Assembly (NCBI GenBank): GCA_963803435.1
Contig: CAWDML010000007.1
Coordinates: 256,001 to 320,000, forward strand
Direction: 5' to 3'
Source: an uncultured delta proteobacterium
GTDB taxonomy: Bacteria; Myxococcota; Kuafuiibacteriia; Kuafuiibacteriales; Kuafuiibacteriaceae
Length of the DNA stretch: 64,000 nucleotides
Part shown: piece after piece, positions 28,674 through 37,562 of the stretch
Position numbering within the stretch: position 1 is the stretch's first letter
Layout: each line of letters opens with the position of its first letter
Program-made: the position numbers and the translations under genes
Notes under the pieces: generated by a model
Database searches by the model: none
Seen by the model: the letters and a program-made list of their open reading frames with translations, nothing else
What the model was told of the DNA's origin: nothing

Positions 28674-29538
28674 TCATCGTCGCGCGCACTCGAGGTCGTA
28701 GAGAATCTGGACAGTCGAGTCGCTCTGCTCGTCGTAGACCATCGCTTCCTCGGTGGCCGCGTCGGGGACGACGTCCGGAACCGGTGGGACGCATTGTTCG
28801 TCGATCATCTCCGCGTAATCGACAATCGCAGCCATCGTGGCTTCGAGGCGCGCAATCTCCTGCTCCAGCTTGCCGAAGTTCGCGAGTCGCGCCCGCAACA
28901 GCGCGCGCTGGCGACGCACACCGATGGACTCCGGCATCTCCCGTAGCCGCTCCAGACGGCGCTCGAGGAAGTCGCGTTTGGCCCCGGACACGCACTCGCG
29001 GCGCGCGCGCATCGCGACCCCGCACCGGACGAAGTTGGCGACCAACGCCGCCAGCCCCAGCTCCTGCTCGAGACACTCGTATTGGAGCGGGCTTCCGCGC
29101 CCGAGCTTCTCGCGGATGGTGCACGTCAGAATCCTCGAGGTACTCGAGCCGACGGCGATCCTCCTGACTCATCTGGAGCCGGGAGGTGGCCTGACGCGTG
29201 CGGCAATCGTCCTCGGTGCGGACATCGTTCTTCTTGTCGACCCAGCTGCGAAAACGCCTGCGCGTGGAGATGAGGCCGCTGAGCGCGAACAGCAGCGTGG
29301 TGAAGAGGACCATCACCCAAAACGACCCGGTCGCCAGCAGCGACAGCGTCGCCAGTGCCGGATAGATCGGCCAGAACGGACCACGAAACGTCTCACGCCA
29401 GTAGTACAGTGGTCCCGGACGTACGCTCTGGAGCGACCTCCACTCGAAGGAGAAGCCGGGGTCATCGGTGGGCTCGTCGAACGCGACCTTCGCCAGCGGT
29501 AGGAGCGGGTCTTTCAGCACGGAGATCGGGTCAGTCAC
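28674..29538 (-). CDS. Hypothetical 2-TM plus coiled-coil protein, paralog of 50311..51180 (apparent +1 frameshift at 29129-29133)
   Basis: Removing one T from GAGGATTCTG joins the frames; shares DPG, LGL..L...FVR and LE..MA.IV.YA...DE.CVP.VP with the paralog. Confidence 0.75.
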
Positions 29539-29551
29539 GAGGCTGTAGACA

Positions 29552-29567
29552 AGCAATGCTCGTGCCC
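29552..29567 (-). promoter_or_regulatory. sigma54 -24/-12 element
   Basis: GGGCACGAGCATTGCT; C 15 nt before GTG 29538. Confidence 0.75.
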
Positions 29568-29688
29568 CCTGCACGCCGAACTCGACGGACGCGGGGCGCG
29601 GTGGACGGAGCGTAGCGTCTTGGCGCGGCCGGCGCTCGGACTGCTCGTGCACTCACGATGGCACGCTGATTGAGAATGCGTGTGCCCC

Positions 29689-29946
29689 ATGAGTGCCAGG
29701 AAACGCAAAGCTCGCCGGCTCCAGTCTCCCGACGGATCGATCATCGACTATCCCGATCTGCCCACCGTCCAGGAGTGGATCGCGGAGGGCCGCGTCGATC
29801 GTTCCTATCAGATCTATGATTCCATGAGGCGTCGGTGGTGCGCGCTGGAAGAGGTCCCCGATCTGGCCGCCTTCCTGCGCCTTCGCGAGGCGAGCGACCC
29901 CTGGGAACGCGCACACACGCTTTACCTGGCCGGCTTGGGCTCGTAG
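29689..29946 (+). CDS. Small hypothetical protein, possibly a stand-alone GYF_2-like domain
   Basis: YPDLPTVQEWIAEGRV...W..LEEVPDL pattern; near-consensus sigma54 element TGGCACGCTGATTGAG at 29659-29674. Confidence 0.55.
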   Translation: MSARKRKARRLQSPDGSIIDYPDLPTVQEWIAEGRVDRSYQIYDSMRRRWCALEEVPDLAAFLRLREASDPWERAHTLYLAGLGS

Positions 29947-29979
29947 GACCCATATCGAGATCGAAGCATGACCGCTCTC

Positions 29980-29995
29980 TGGCACGTCCCGTGCT
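29980..29995 (+). promoter_or_regulatory. sigma54 -24/-12 element
   Basis: TGGCACGTCCCGTGCT; C 14 nt before GTG 30008. Confidence 0.75.
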
Positions 29996-30007
29996 CCCGT
30001 TCACTTC

Positions 30008-31141
30008 GTGTCGCCACTTCGTACCCTACCGTCATTCACACTTCTCGTTGCTGTGCCTTTGGCCTGCACGTCGGCCGCCAGCACCGCGCCACCGGGTATC
30101 GTCCCGGCGCAGACGGCCCGGCCCATTCGCACCGTGGCTCATACCATCTCTCCGTCGACACGCGCGAAGCGGATCCAGATCGACGATCCGCTGAGCTTCT
30201 GGAACGACGGCGGATACACGCTCCTCGTTCCCGCCGTTCGGATGTCGATCCCGCCCGGAGGCGCAGCGGGGACCGCGATCTTCTTCAAGCTCCCGAAGGG
30301 CGCTCCCATCGTCGCGACGCGGCACGGATCCGACGTGGTGCCCTCGAGCTTCATCTTCCCGCCGGGGACCGCAGCCGACCGCGTCGCGTACGTGGTGGTC
30401 GAGGACGAGTCCGGCCAACCCTCCGTGCGGGTCCTCGACGTGCGGGGGACGCGCATCGACTCGGACGGCTCCCAGCTGTTTCGTGTGCTCCGTCCTGGAG
30501 GCCCCGAACCGACCGCGCCGATGATCGGGTACGAGTGGCCCCGCGGCGACATGGCCGCGCGGGACGATGCGACCTCCCGTCTGCTCGACGAGCTCCGGGG
30601 GCTGCAGCAGCCCATCTCGGAGCGTCCGCCCAGCCCGCAAGCGCTGGCGAGGCTGGCACTGCTCAACCACTGCGAGATCTGCCATATGCCGAACAAGCCC
30701 CCCAGCCCGCCGAGCAGCCAGCTCCCGTCGTGGCCGACGGACGGCAGCGGCTTCTACGTCCCGCTGGGCGTGCTGATGGATCACGAACCGCTCTCGACGC
30801 AGCCCAGCTTGCACGATCCGAACGCCGAGGATCCGTACATCCAGACCTCGTGCGGCACCACTCCGGCCAAGGTGGACGGAGATCCGAACAATCGCTTCTT
30901 CACCTGTGCCGACGAGAACCGTCTCCCGATGGGACGCCGCGACATCCGCCGGGGGATGCTCGAAGAGGACGCCTACACAATGCTGGTCTGCGGCGCGCGC
31001 ACCCTCCTGTTCGAACGGATGGACGCGGAGGCGCAGAAGGACTTCGCGCCGCTGCTCGAGGAGTGTCGAGGCGAGCCCGACCGCTTGGTGCGCTACGCCC
31101 GCACTCCCCTCGGGACATCGCGTCTCGTGGTGTCGCATTAG
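30008..31141 (+). CDS. Lipoprotein with one c-type heme motif
   Basis: PLAC lipobox; CEICH; LPKG..FPPGT..YEW pattern reminiscent of SO2930-type cytochromes. Confidence 0.6.
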   Translation: MSPLRTLPSFTLLVAVPLACTSAASTAPPGIVPAQTARPIRTVAHTISPSTRAKRIQIDDPLSFWNDGGYTLLVPAVRMSIPPGGAAGTAIFFKLPKGAPIVATRHGSDVVPSSFIFPPGTAADRVAYVVVEDESGQPSVRVLDVRGTRIDSDGSQLFRVLRPGGPEPTAPMIGYEWPRGDMAARDDATSRLLDELRGLQQPISERPPSPQALARLALLNHCEICHMPNKPPSPPSSQLPSWPTDGSGFYVPLGVLMDHEPLSTQPSLHDPNAEDPYIQTSCGTTPAKVDGDPNNRFFTCADENRLPMGRRDIRRGMLEEDAYTMLVCGARTLLFERMDAEAQKDFAPLLEECRGEPDRLVRYARTPLGTSRLVVSH

Positions 31142-31190
31142 GCCGGGGCCTTGACGCCGGACGTGCTCCGCAAAGTACGCTCCGGCACTC

Positions 31191-31673
31191 GTGGCACAAC
31201 CCAACCTCCTCGCAACTCTTGCGCTCGCCATCTGCGGCTGCGGACCGGTCGACCACACCATCGACATCGTCTTCGACCCTTGCCAGCCGCTCCTCTTCAG
31301 CAGCGCCTCCAGCGACCCCGGCGACCGCCAGAGCATCGAGGAGGCCACCGCGCTCTGGAACGACCTCGCCGGCACCGAGCTCGAGCTGGCGGACGACGCC
31401 GCGCTGGTGCCGATCGACTTCGAGAAGGGCGCCACCGCGATCCTGGGGCTCTACGACGACGAGCGCGGGGTCGTGGTCATCAACAGGGCGCTGGAGGGAC
31501 GGGCGCGGACGATCACGATCGCCCACGAGATCGGTCACGCCATGGGATTGGTGCACGTTAAAAAGACCGAGCGGCGGTCCGTCATGGTTCCAGCCAATAC
31601 GGACACGCCGCCCGGTGAAGCGGATCGCGAAGCACTCGTCGCGCTCTGGGGTGTGTGTTCCTCGGGAGACTGA
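31191..31673 (+). CDS. Matrixin-like (metzincin) metallopeptidase lipoprotein
   Basis: ICGC lipobox; HEIGHAMGLVH; Met-turn SVM. Confidence 0.8.
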   Translation: MAQPNLLATLALAICGCGPVDHTIDIVFDPCQPLLFSSASSDPGDRQSIEEATALWNDLAGTELELADDAALVPIDFEKGATAILGLYDDERGVVVINRALEGRARTITIAHEIGHAMGLVHVKKTERRSVMVPANTDTPPGEADREALVALWGVCSSGD

Positions 31674-31677
31674 CCCT

Positions 31678-32406
31678 CTAAAACTCCCACCCCAGGCGCG
31701 CCGAGACGTTCCAGGTGTTCAGGTCGTTGTTCGCGCCGACGTCCGTGTCCCCCTGGCCACGGAGCAGGTTGTCGCTGAACGCGAACCGATACTCGCCTCG
31801 TGCATCCAGGGCGAGCCCCCCGAACAGGAACGAGACGCCCGCACCTGCCGGGATCTCACCGAGGTTGTCACTGTTCCGCACGCTCGACGTGTTGAAGTCC
31901 TCGTTGACCAGACTGTAGTGCTTGTACGCGATCCCACCGAACAGGTACGGATCCACGCGGACGGCCCCCATCTGGAAGGGCTTTACGAACGTCGAGACGA
32001 TGTTCCAGCGCAGAGCGGCCTCCGCGCCGTTCGACAGAAGCACCGCATTGCTGTCGAGGCCCAGCGCGTTCACATCGTTTGCGGTTCCGATGTACGCCGC
32101 CTCGAGCGCCAGCGGCATGCGCGTCCCCAGGATCAGGCGCGCAGTCCAGCTGCCGCCGGTGTCCATGACGTTTCTCGTGCCCGAGTCGGAGAAGCCGAAT
32201 ACACCTCCACCAATCTGAACGCTGGCGCCGAATCCCGACATCGGCCCCGCCGGTTGGGTGACGTCGTAGCCATAGTCGTCGTTGTCACCGGTGTTGTCGT
32301 TCGTATCCACGTTGTTCCCGTTATTGTCCGCTCGCGCCACGCCTCCGTATCCAGTCAAGAGCGCAGTCGCGAATGCAGCCGTCATCCAACGAGAAAGTTG
32401 TCGCAT
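31678..32406 (-). CDS. Small outer-membrane beta-barrel protein
   Basis: Signal peptide (ARA), Asn/Asp-rich linker, amphipathic strands, C-terminal LGWEF. Confidence 0.85.
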   Translation of the reverse strand: MRQLSRWMTAAFATALLTGYGGVARADNNGNNVDTNDNTGDNDDYGYDVTQPAGPMSGFGASVQIGGGVFGFSDSGTRNVMDTGGSWTARLILGTRMPLALEAAYIGTANDVNALGLDSNAVLLSNGAEAALRWNIVSTFVKPFQMGAVRVDPYLFGGIAYKHYSLVNEDFNTSSVRNSDNLGEIPAGAGVSFLFGGLALDARGEYRFAFSDNLLRGQGDTDVGANNDLNTWNVSARLGWEF

Positions 32407-32460
32407 CTCTCTTCCTCCTCATGATCGACGTCCCACACGGATCTCCTTGGAAGTAGCGAG

Positions 32461-32476
32461 TGCAAAGCAGGTGCCA
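32461..32476 (-). promoter_or_regulatory. sigma54 -24/-12 element
   Basis: TGGCACCTGCTTTGCA (full consensus); C 56 nt before ATG 32406. Confidence 0.85.
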
Positions 32477-32611
32477 TGCCCGCGAGCGGCGCGCGATCTC
32501 TCGAGCTGCACGAACCACGGTGCATCGCGTCGCACCGTCGCGCTGCTGTACCGGCCTCGATCATGGAGTGTGGGCGCGAGCGCCCGGATGGAGAGCGGAT
32601 CGGGATCGATC

Positions 32612-33100
32612 TCAACGGACCAGGGTGGCTTTGGCCTTTGTCGAGCGAGGCCGGATCGCGGTGATCGTCGCGCCCCCGACGGCCTCACGGACCGCTCGAC
32701 CGACCATGAGCGCGGTCTCACGTGCGAAGCGCATCTTCGCAGCAGAGACGATGGGACCGTGCACCCGCTGGAGATAGCCGTCGATGCTCCGCCGTAGGAG
32801 CGCGGCGCGGGAGGTCGACAAGGGACCTCTCAGGAGCTCGACCAGGTTGCCGGTGTGGACGACGGCGAGACCCGAGACGCGCGCCGGATGTGCGCAGTCG
32901 TCGAGGCGGGGGTAGAGCACGGCCTCGAACGCCGCCTCGTACCGCTCGATCGCGTCCGCCAACCGGCGCGCGCGCGCGACCAGGCCGGGCCCGCCCATGC
33001 CGGTCGCTCGATCGAGATCCTCGGCGAACCGATCGAGCTTCAAATAGTACTCGTGAAGGATCTCGAAGATGTTGTCCTCAGACTCCCAGAGATTGGACAT
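32612..33100 (-). CDS. Hemerythrin-like protein with degenerate metal ligands
   Basis: NIFEIL..., AFEAVLYPRL and helix spacing resemble the HHE cation-binding domain. Confidence 0.55.
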   Translation of the reverse strand: MSNLWESEDNIFEILHEYYLKLDRFAEDLDRATGMGGPGLVARARRLADAIERYEAAFEAVLYPRLDDCAHPARVSGLAVVHTGNLVELLRGPLSTSRAALLRRSIDGYLQRVHGPIVSAAKMRFARETALMVGRAVREAVGGATITAIRPRSTKAKATLVR

Positions 33101-33232
33101 CCCTCATTCACTCCATGGGCGAGCCGAGGCTTCGCCGAACACCCGCTGCTCGACCCGGCCGCACTGGACGGAAGGGAGCTCCGTGGGGACGCTCGTCGGC
33201 GACCGGGCCGAGCGCAGGTTCCCACCCTCGAC

Positions 33233-33248
33233 TGCAAGGCCTCGGCCA
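33233..33248 (-). promoter_or_regulatory. sigma54 -24/-12 element
   Basis: TGGCCGAGGCCTTGCA; C 134 nt before ATG 33100. Confidence 0.6.
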
Positions 33249-33343
33249 GGGTGAGATCGCGGAGAGGCGCCGATCGACCCCCGCGATCCGAGGAGCGGTG
33301 CCACCCCGCGCGCGCACGTCACGCTTCGCGTCCGCGCGAACCG

Positions 33344-33359
33344 CGGTATGTGCCTTGCA
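33344..33359 (+). promoter_or_regulatory. sigma54 -24/-12 element
   Basis: CGGTATGTGCCTTGCA; C 25 nt before ATG 33383. Confidence 0.75.
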
Positions 33360-33382
33360 CATCTCCAGGCGCGAGGCTTTCG

Positions 33383-34006
33383 ATGCGAGCGACCTTTGCG
33401 CCGATACTGGGTTCTCTCTTGCTGATGGGATCGGCCTCTCCCCTCTCTCCCGTCTGTCCTGATCGGGGAGAGGTCCTGCTCGATCCCGCCGTGCACACCT
33501 ACTCGGACTGCGTTCTCCACCGGCTCCTCGGCGTCGCCCGCGAAGCCGAAGCGGATTGGAAGACGGTGGTGCTGGCGGATCCCGATCTAGGTATGGAGGT
33601 GAGGCCTGAGCACCAGCTGGTGCTGGACCTCGGGTTGGTCCGCCTGGCGGCGAACGCCGACCAGCTCGCCGCCGCGATTGCGTACCTCCTCGCCCAGCGT
33701 ACCTGGGACCCTGCGCACGCTGTGACCGACGCGCGCGAGGCGACCCGGATCGCGCAAATACTGGCGAGTGACGCCGGTTTCTCGCCCTCGGAGGGGCTCA
33801 TCTTCTGGCGCAAGCTGGCCCGGGAGCACCCAGCGTCCGCGCTGGCCGCGGAGGTCATGCAAGACAACCTGCAGACCGCCCAACAGCGCTATCGGCACGC
33901 GAGGGCGCTCGGCGTGATGGAGTGCCGGCGCCCGGAGGTCCCCGCGGCGCAGATCGATCTTTATTACGCTTCGACGTCGTTCGAAGAAGGAGGAATCCCG
34001 CGATGA
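33383..34006 (+). CDS. Exported M48 peptidase homologue lacking HExxH
   Basis: Colinear with 42006..42839, but LAAAIAYLLAQ replaces LAAVIGHEVGH. Confidence 0.7.
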   Translation: MRATFAPILGSLLLMGSASPLSPVCPDRGEVLLDPAVHTYSDCVLHRLLGVAREAEADWKTVVLADPDLGMEVRPEHQLVLDLGLVRLAANADQLAAAIAYLLAQRTWDPAHAVTDAREATRIAQILASDAGFSPSEGLIFWRKLAREHPASALAAEVMQDNLQTAQQRYRHARALGVMECRRPEVPAAQIDLYYASTSFEEGGIPR

Positions 34007-34374
34007 CCTGGTCTGACCGCTCTCACCTGCCGCTCCCGGCGCTGCTCGCCTTGGTGCTGTTCGGCTGTGCCACGGCGGAGCCCCCCAAGCAGGCTCACCT
34101 CGAGGCGAGCGCGGCCGTGCGCGCGGCCGAGGAGCTCGTCGAGCCGGAGGCCCCGATGCCGCAGGCGGAGCTCTATCTCACGAAGGCCCAGGATCACCTC
34201 CGCGCCGCGGAGATCCTCCTCGAGAAGAGCAACTACGAGGGGGCGCACCTTCACTACGAGCGGGCCAAGGCCGACGCGGAGACGTCAATCGCGCTCGCCC
34301 GCGCGCACCGAGCGGAGAAGGAGGCGGCCGACGCGGAGGCACGGCTGGACGTCGTGGGAGGAGGCGGACGATGA
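34003..34374 (+). CDS. DUF4398 domain lipoprotein
   Basis: LFGC lipobox; AAVRAAEE, ELYLTKAQD, ERAKADAE. Confidence 0.8.
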   Translation: MTWSDRSHLPLPALLALVLFGCATAEPPKQAHLEASAAVRAAEELVEPEAPMPQAELYLTKAQDHLRAAEILLEKSNYEGAHLHYERAKADAETSIALARAHRAEKEAADAEARLDVVGGGGR

Positions 34375-34952
34375 GGTGGAGAGGTTTGGGCATGATCACG
34401 GTCGCGCTCTATGGTTGTGCCAGCATGGGCCCAAGCCCTGCGCTGCTCGACGCGCGCCGCATGCAGAAGAAGGCCGATGCCGATCAGGTCAACCGGCTGG
34501 CACCCGCGCAGTTGAGGGAGGCCGAGCAGCTCCTCGCCCGCGCGGAGGACGCACACCGGTCTCATCCCCAGTCGATCGAAGAGAAGCACCTGTCCCATCT
34601 CGCGATCGACGAGTTCGAGATCGCCATTGCCGAGGGCCGCCGGCGCGACGCTCGACAGCGGGAGGAGGACGCCCGCCGCCGCTACTTCAACGAACAGGCG
34701 CAACTCCGCCAGCGGGTCGACGAGCAGACGGCGCAGCTCAAGAAGAATCATCAGGAGGTGGTGGGGAGGATCGACGCCAACCGCGCTGAGCTCGCAGCGC
34801 TCGAGAAGCGTATCGAGTCGGGCGAGAACATGGACGCCGCCCAGATCGAGGAGCTGAGAACGGCGGCGAGGACCCTCACCGAGCGACTCCAGATCCTGGC
34901 GGCCAAGCGCGAGGCGCTCGAGGCAGCGCTCGCCGAGCACGATCACGGTTGA
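34371..34952 (+). CDS. DUF4398-like lipoprotein with coiled coil (no OmpA domain)
   Basis: LYGC lipobox; PALLDAR, LAPAQLREAEQLLARAE. Confidence 0.7.
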   Translation: MRWRGLGMITVALYGCASMGPSPALLDARRMQKKADADQVNRLAPAQLREAEQLLARAEDAHRSHPQSIEEKHLSHLAIDEFEIAIAEGRRRDARQREEDARRRYFNEQAQLRQRVDEQTAQLKKNHQEVVGRIDANRAELAALEKRIESGENMDAAQIEELRTAARTLTERLQILAAKREALEAALAEHDHG

Positions 34953-34956
34953 TTCG

Positions 34957-35340
34957 TCAGACCTTCAGCTTGGCTCGGATCGCCCGGAAGATCGCGGCGC
35001 CGGCCCCAGCCGCGATCAGCGCGATCACCCAGGCGACCGCCCCGACCACCAACCCGCCGACGACCGCGCTTCCGGTCAGGCTCCAGGTGCCGACGAACAG
35101 CGCCACGAAGAACCCGAAGAGGCCTACGACGAACGTGGTGGCCGCGAGCATCACCAGGGCCGAAGCCGTGATCCCGGGCGCGACCACCTCGGCGGCCTGC
35201 GCCTTGAGGCGAAGCGCCTCGGCCTTGACGAGCGCGGTGGTCTCCCGCGTCAGCCGCGAGATGAGCTCGCCGGTGGACGCGCGCTCCGGATCCTCGACCG
35301 GCGAGTGAATCGGCATCATTTCTTTCGGCATCCCGACCAT
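34957..35340 (-). CDS. Phage-holin-like (YqjE/DUF1469-type) membrane protein
   Basis: STGELISRLTRETTALVKAE..L, then two TM helices. Confidence 0.8.
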   Translation of the reverse strand: MVGMPKEMMPIHSPVEDPERASTGELISRLTRETTALVKAEALRLKAQAAEVVAPGITASALVMLAATTFVVGLFGFFVALFVGTWSLTGSAVVGGLVVGAVAWVIALIAAGAGAAIFRAIRAKLKV

Positions 35341-35353
35341 CGACGACAATGTC

Positions 35354-35369
35354 CGCAATCCCCATGCCG
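35354..35369 (-). promoter_or_regulatory. sigma54 -24/-12 element
   Basis: CGGCATGGGGATTGCG; C 15 nt before ATG 35340. Confidence 0.7.
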
Positions 35370-35420
35370 CCGGCCGCCGTGCCGCTCGGCCCCGTTGGGT
35401 CGTTGCGAAGAGCCACGCTG

Positions 35421-35436
35421 TGGCGCAAGCCGTGCT
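35421..35436 (+). promoter_or_regulatory. sigma54 -24/-12 element (distal)
   Basis: TGGCGCAAGCCGTGCT; C 60 nt before ATG 35495. Confidence 0.5.
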
Positions 35437-35465
35437 GACATCTTCGCCGTAGGAGTCGTCGCGGC

Positions 35466-35481
35466 TGGTTCACCTCTTGCT
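35466..35481 (+). promoter_or_regulatory. sigma54 -24/-12 element (proximal)
   Basis: TGGTTCACCTCTTGCT; C 15 nt before ATG 35495. Confidence 0.7.
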
Positions 35482-35494
35482 GCCCACTCGAGCG

Positions 35495-35962
35495 ATGACC
35501 GATCGCGCGCAACCGAAAGAACGAGCTCTCACGCAGCTCCCCCAGACCGAGGTCGGCGACGACCCGGCGGAGCCCGAAGCCCTCGCTCATGCGGTGCGTG
35601 ATCATCGGCGGGCGGTGGAAGAGACCGTAGAGGCCCTCAAGACGAAGTTTTCCCGCGCGACCGACCGCGTCGAGCATGCGCGGGAGAAGGTCGACGACGC
35701 GACCGTCTTCGTCCGCGAGCATCGCTGGCCGCTTCTGGGTGTCGCGTCTGTGCTCGGCCTGCTCGTCGGGATCCGCGCTCGCCGGCCGCAGCGGGTTCAG
35801 CTGATGCTGCCGAGCGGCCTCCCGGGCGAGAGCGTCGTCGCCCAACCCGCGCGCCGCCAGCGCACGTTCGTTAGGGCCGCCGTGGGCGCGATCGGCTCGA
35901 TCCTCCTCCGAGAGCTGGGCTGGCGGGCGCTGGAGCGGGTCGAAGCCAAGCTCAGGCGCTGA
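35495..35962 (+). CDS. DUF3618/DUF883-like membrane-anchored protein
   Basis: RRAVEETVEALK, FVREHRWPLLGVASVLGLLVG; stop overlaps the otsB ATG. Confidence 0.7.
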   Translation: MTDRAQPKERALTQLPQTEVGDDPAEPEALAHAVRDHRRAVEETVEALKTKFSRATDRVEHAREKVDDATVFVREHRWPLLGVASVLGLLVGIRARRPQRVQLMLPSGLPGESVVAQPARRQRTFVRAAVGAIGSILLRELGWRALERVEAKLRR

Positions 35963-36723
35963 TGGTCTACCTGCGCGGCGTGGACGAGCTGCTCGACGCC
36001 GCCGGTCCGGCTCCGGCGGTCTTCTTGGACTATGACGGCACCCTTACCCCGATCGTCGCAGTCCCCGGCGCCGCGGTCCTCTCGAGCGACATGCGCGAGC
36101 GGATCCGGCGACTCGCCGAGCTCTGTCCGGTGGCAGTGATCAGCGGCCGCGACCGCGAGGACGTACGGGCCCGCGTCGGCCTGGACGCGCTCGCATACGC
36201 CGGCAGTCACGGCTACGACATCGTCGGGCCGTTCGGACGATTCGAGCATCGCGTGGGCGAGGACAGCCGCGACGCGCTCGCCGCGCTGGCCCGGATGCTG
36301 GAGCGCGCCCTCGCGGACGTCCCCGGCGCGATGGTGGAGGAGAAGCAGTTCTCCCTGGCCGTGCATTTTCGCCGCACGGCGCCCGCCGACGAGCCCCGCG
36401 TCCGGTCGCTCGTGGCGCGCGTCCTCTCCGACGACCGGTGGTCGCGGTTTGCCGCCGCCGAGGGGAAGAAGGTGCTCGACCTCCGGCCGGACGCCGGCTG
36501 GCACAAAGGAAAGGCCGTTCGCTGGCTGCTCGACGCCCTGCAGGCGGCCGGACGGACGCCGGTCTACGTCGGCGACGACACCACCGACGAGCTCGCCTTC
36601 GCCGAGCTCTCCGGCGACGGGGTCACGGTCAAGGTGGGGCCGGGCCCGACGCAGGCCCGGTTCCATCTCCCAGACGTGGGGGCGGTCGGCGGTTTCCTGG
36701 ATGCACTCCGCGCGCGGCTCTGA
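35962..36723 (+). CDS. otsB: Trehalose-6-phosphate phosphatase (HAD)
   Basis: FLDYDGTLTPI, ISGR, YAGSHG, GKKVLDLRP, YVGDDTTDE. Confidence 0.95.
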   Translation: MVYLRGVDELLDAAGPAPAVFLDYDGTLTPIVAVPGAAVLSSDMRERIRRLAELCPVAVISGRDREDVRARVGLDALAYAGSHGYDIVGPFGRFEHRVGEDSRDALAALARMLERALADVPGAMVEEKQFSLAVHFRRTAPADEPRVRSLVARVLSDDRWSRFAAAEGKKVLDLRPDAGWHKGKAVRWLLDALQAAGRTPVYVGDDTTDELAFAELSGDGVTVKVGPGPTQARFHLPDVGAVGGFLDALRARL

Positions 36724-36818
36724 GGCAGTCCGCCACGTTCTGCGCATGAGCGCCACGGAAATCTCTGCAGGAAACCAGCGTCCCAATCCAGCACGGAACT
36801 TGCTGAGCACGAGGCGAC

Positions 36819-37562
36819 ATGGACCTCGCGGCACGGACCCACTTGCAAGAGGAGCTGAGGCGCGCGGATCGGCGCTCGATGTTCCGGGCAGCGGCCGCAG
36901 AGATCGCGCACGAGCTGCTCACCCCCCTGAACGTGGTGCAGGCGCGGGCGCAGCTGCTCTCGATGCGCGAGTCGGACGACGAGATCGACGCCAACGTCAA
37001 GGTCATCATCGATCAGATCCAGAAGGTCGCAGCGTGCCTCCGGCAGATGGTAGACGCGGCCACCGGAGAGGGACCGCGGGTCGATCCCGTCAGCCTCGCC
37101 AAGATCTGTGACGAGGCCTGTCAGCTGGTGCGGCCGCTGGCCGAGTCCCGCCGCGTGACGCTCGAGGTCGGCCCCGAAGCCCAGGACGCGGCGCGGCGGG
37201 TCGATCGGGTGAAGACGCTTCAGCTCCTGACGAACGTCCTCGTCAACAGCGTCGATGCGATGCCAGAGGGCGGCTCCATCGAGCTCGCCGCCCACGCGCT
37301 CGAGATCGACAAGGTCGGCGACCCGCACGCGGCTCCGGGCTCCTACGTCCGCTTCATGATCCGGGATCGCGGCCATGGATTCGACGTTTCGGCGCTGAGC
37401 ACCCGCCTTTCAACGACCCCCATGGGGACCTCCCCGAAGCTGGGCTTCTTCGTCTGCCGGAATGTTCTCAAGGAGCTGGGTGGATGGATGACGGTGGAGA
37501 GTGAGACCGGAAGAGGAGCCACGATCGCGCTCTTCATTCCCGACGGAGACCAATCTAAATGA
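36819..37562 (+). CDS. Sensor-less histidine kinase-like protein
   Basis: H box AHELLTPL, N box NVLVNSVDAM, G1 DRGHG; F and G2 boxes degenerate. Confidence 0.8.
   Translation: MDLAARTHLQEELRRADRRSMFRAAAAEIAHELLTPLNVVQARAQLLSMRESDDEIDANVKVIIDQIQKVAACLRQMVDAATGEGPRVDPVSLAKICDEACQLVRPLAESRRVTLEVGPEAQDAARRVDRVKTLQLLTNVLVNSVDAMPEGGSIELAAHALEIDKVGDPHAAPGSYVRFMIRDRGHGFDVSALSTRLSTTPMGTSPKLGFFVCRNVLKELGGWMTVESETGRGATIALFIPDGDQSK

Noticed and set aside
28702-28706. Additional GATTC sites in genes (e.g. 28702, 51119, 14641) as further frameshifts
   Set aside because: The reading frames are continuous there and agree with the paralog or family motifs, so these look like genuine GATTC.
29968-32424. Long alternative ORFs (e.g. 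818 aa here, 826 aa at 16538, 726 aa at 22278)
   Set aside because: Shadow or antisense frames typical of high-GC DNA, overlapping better-supported genes and without motifs.
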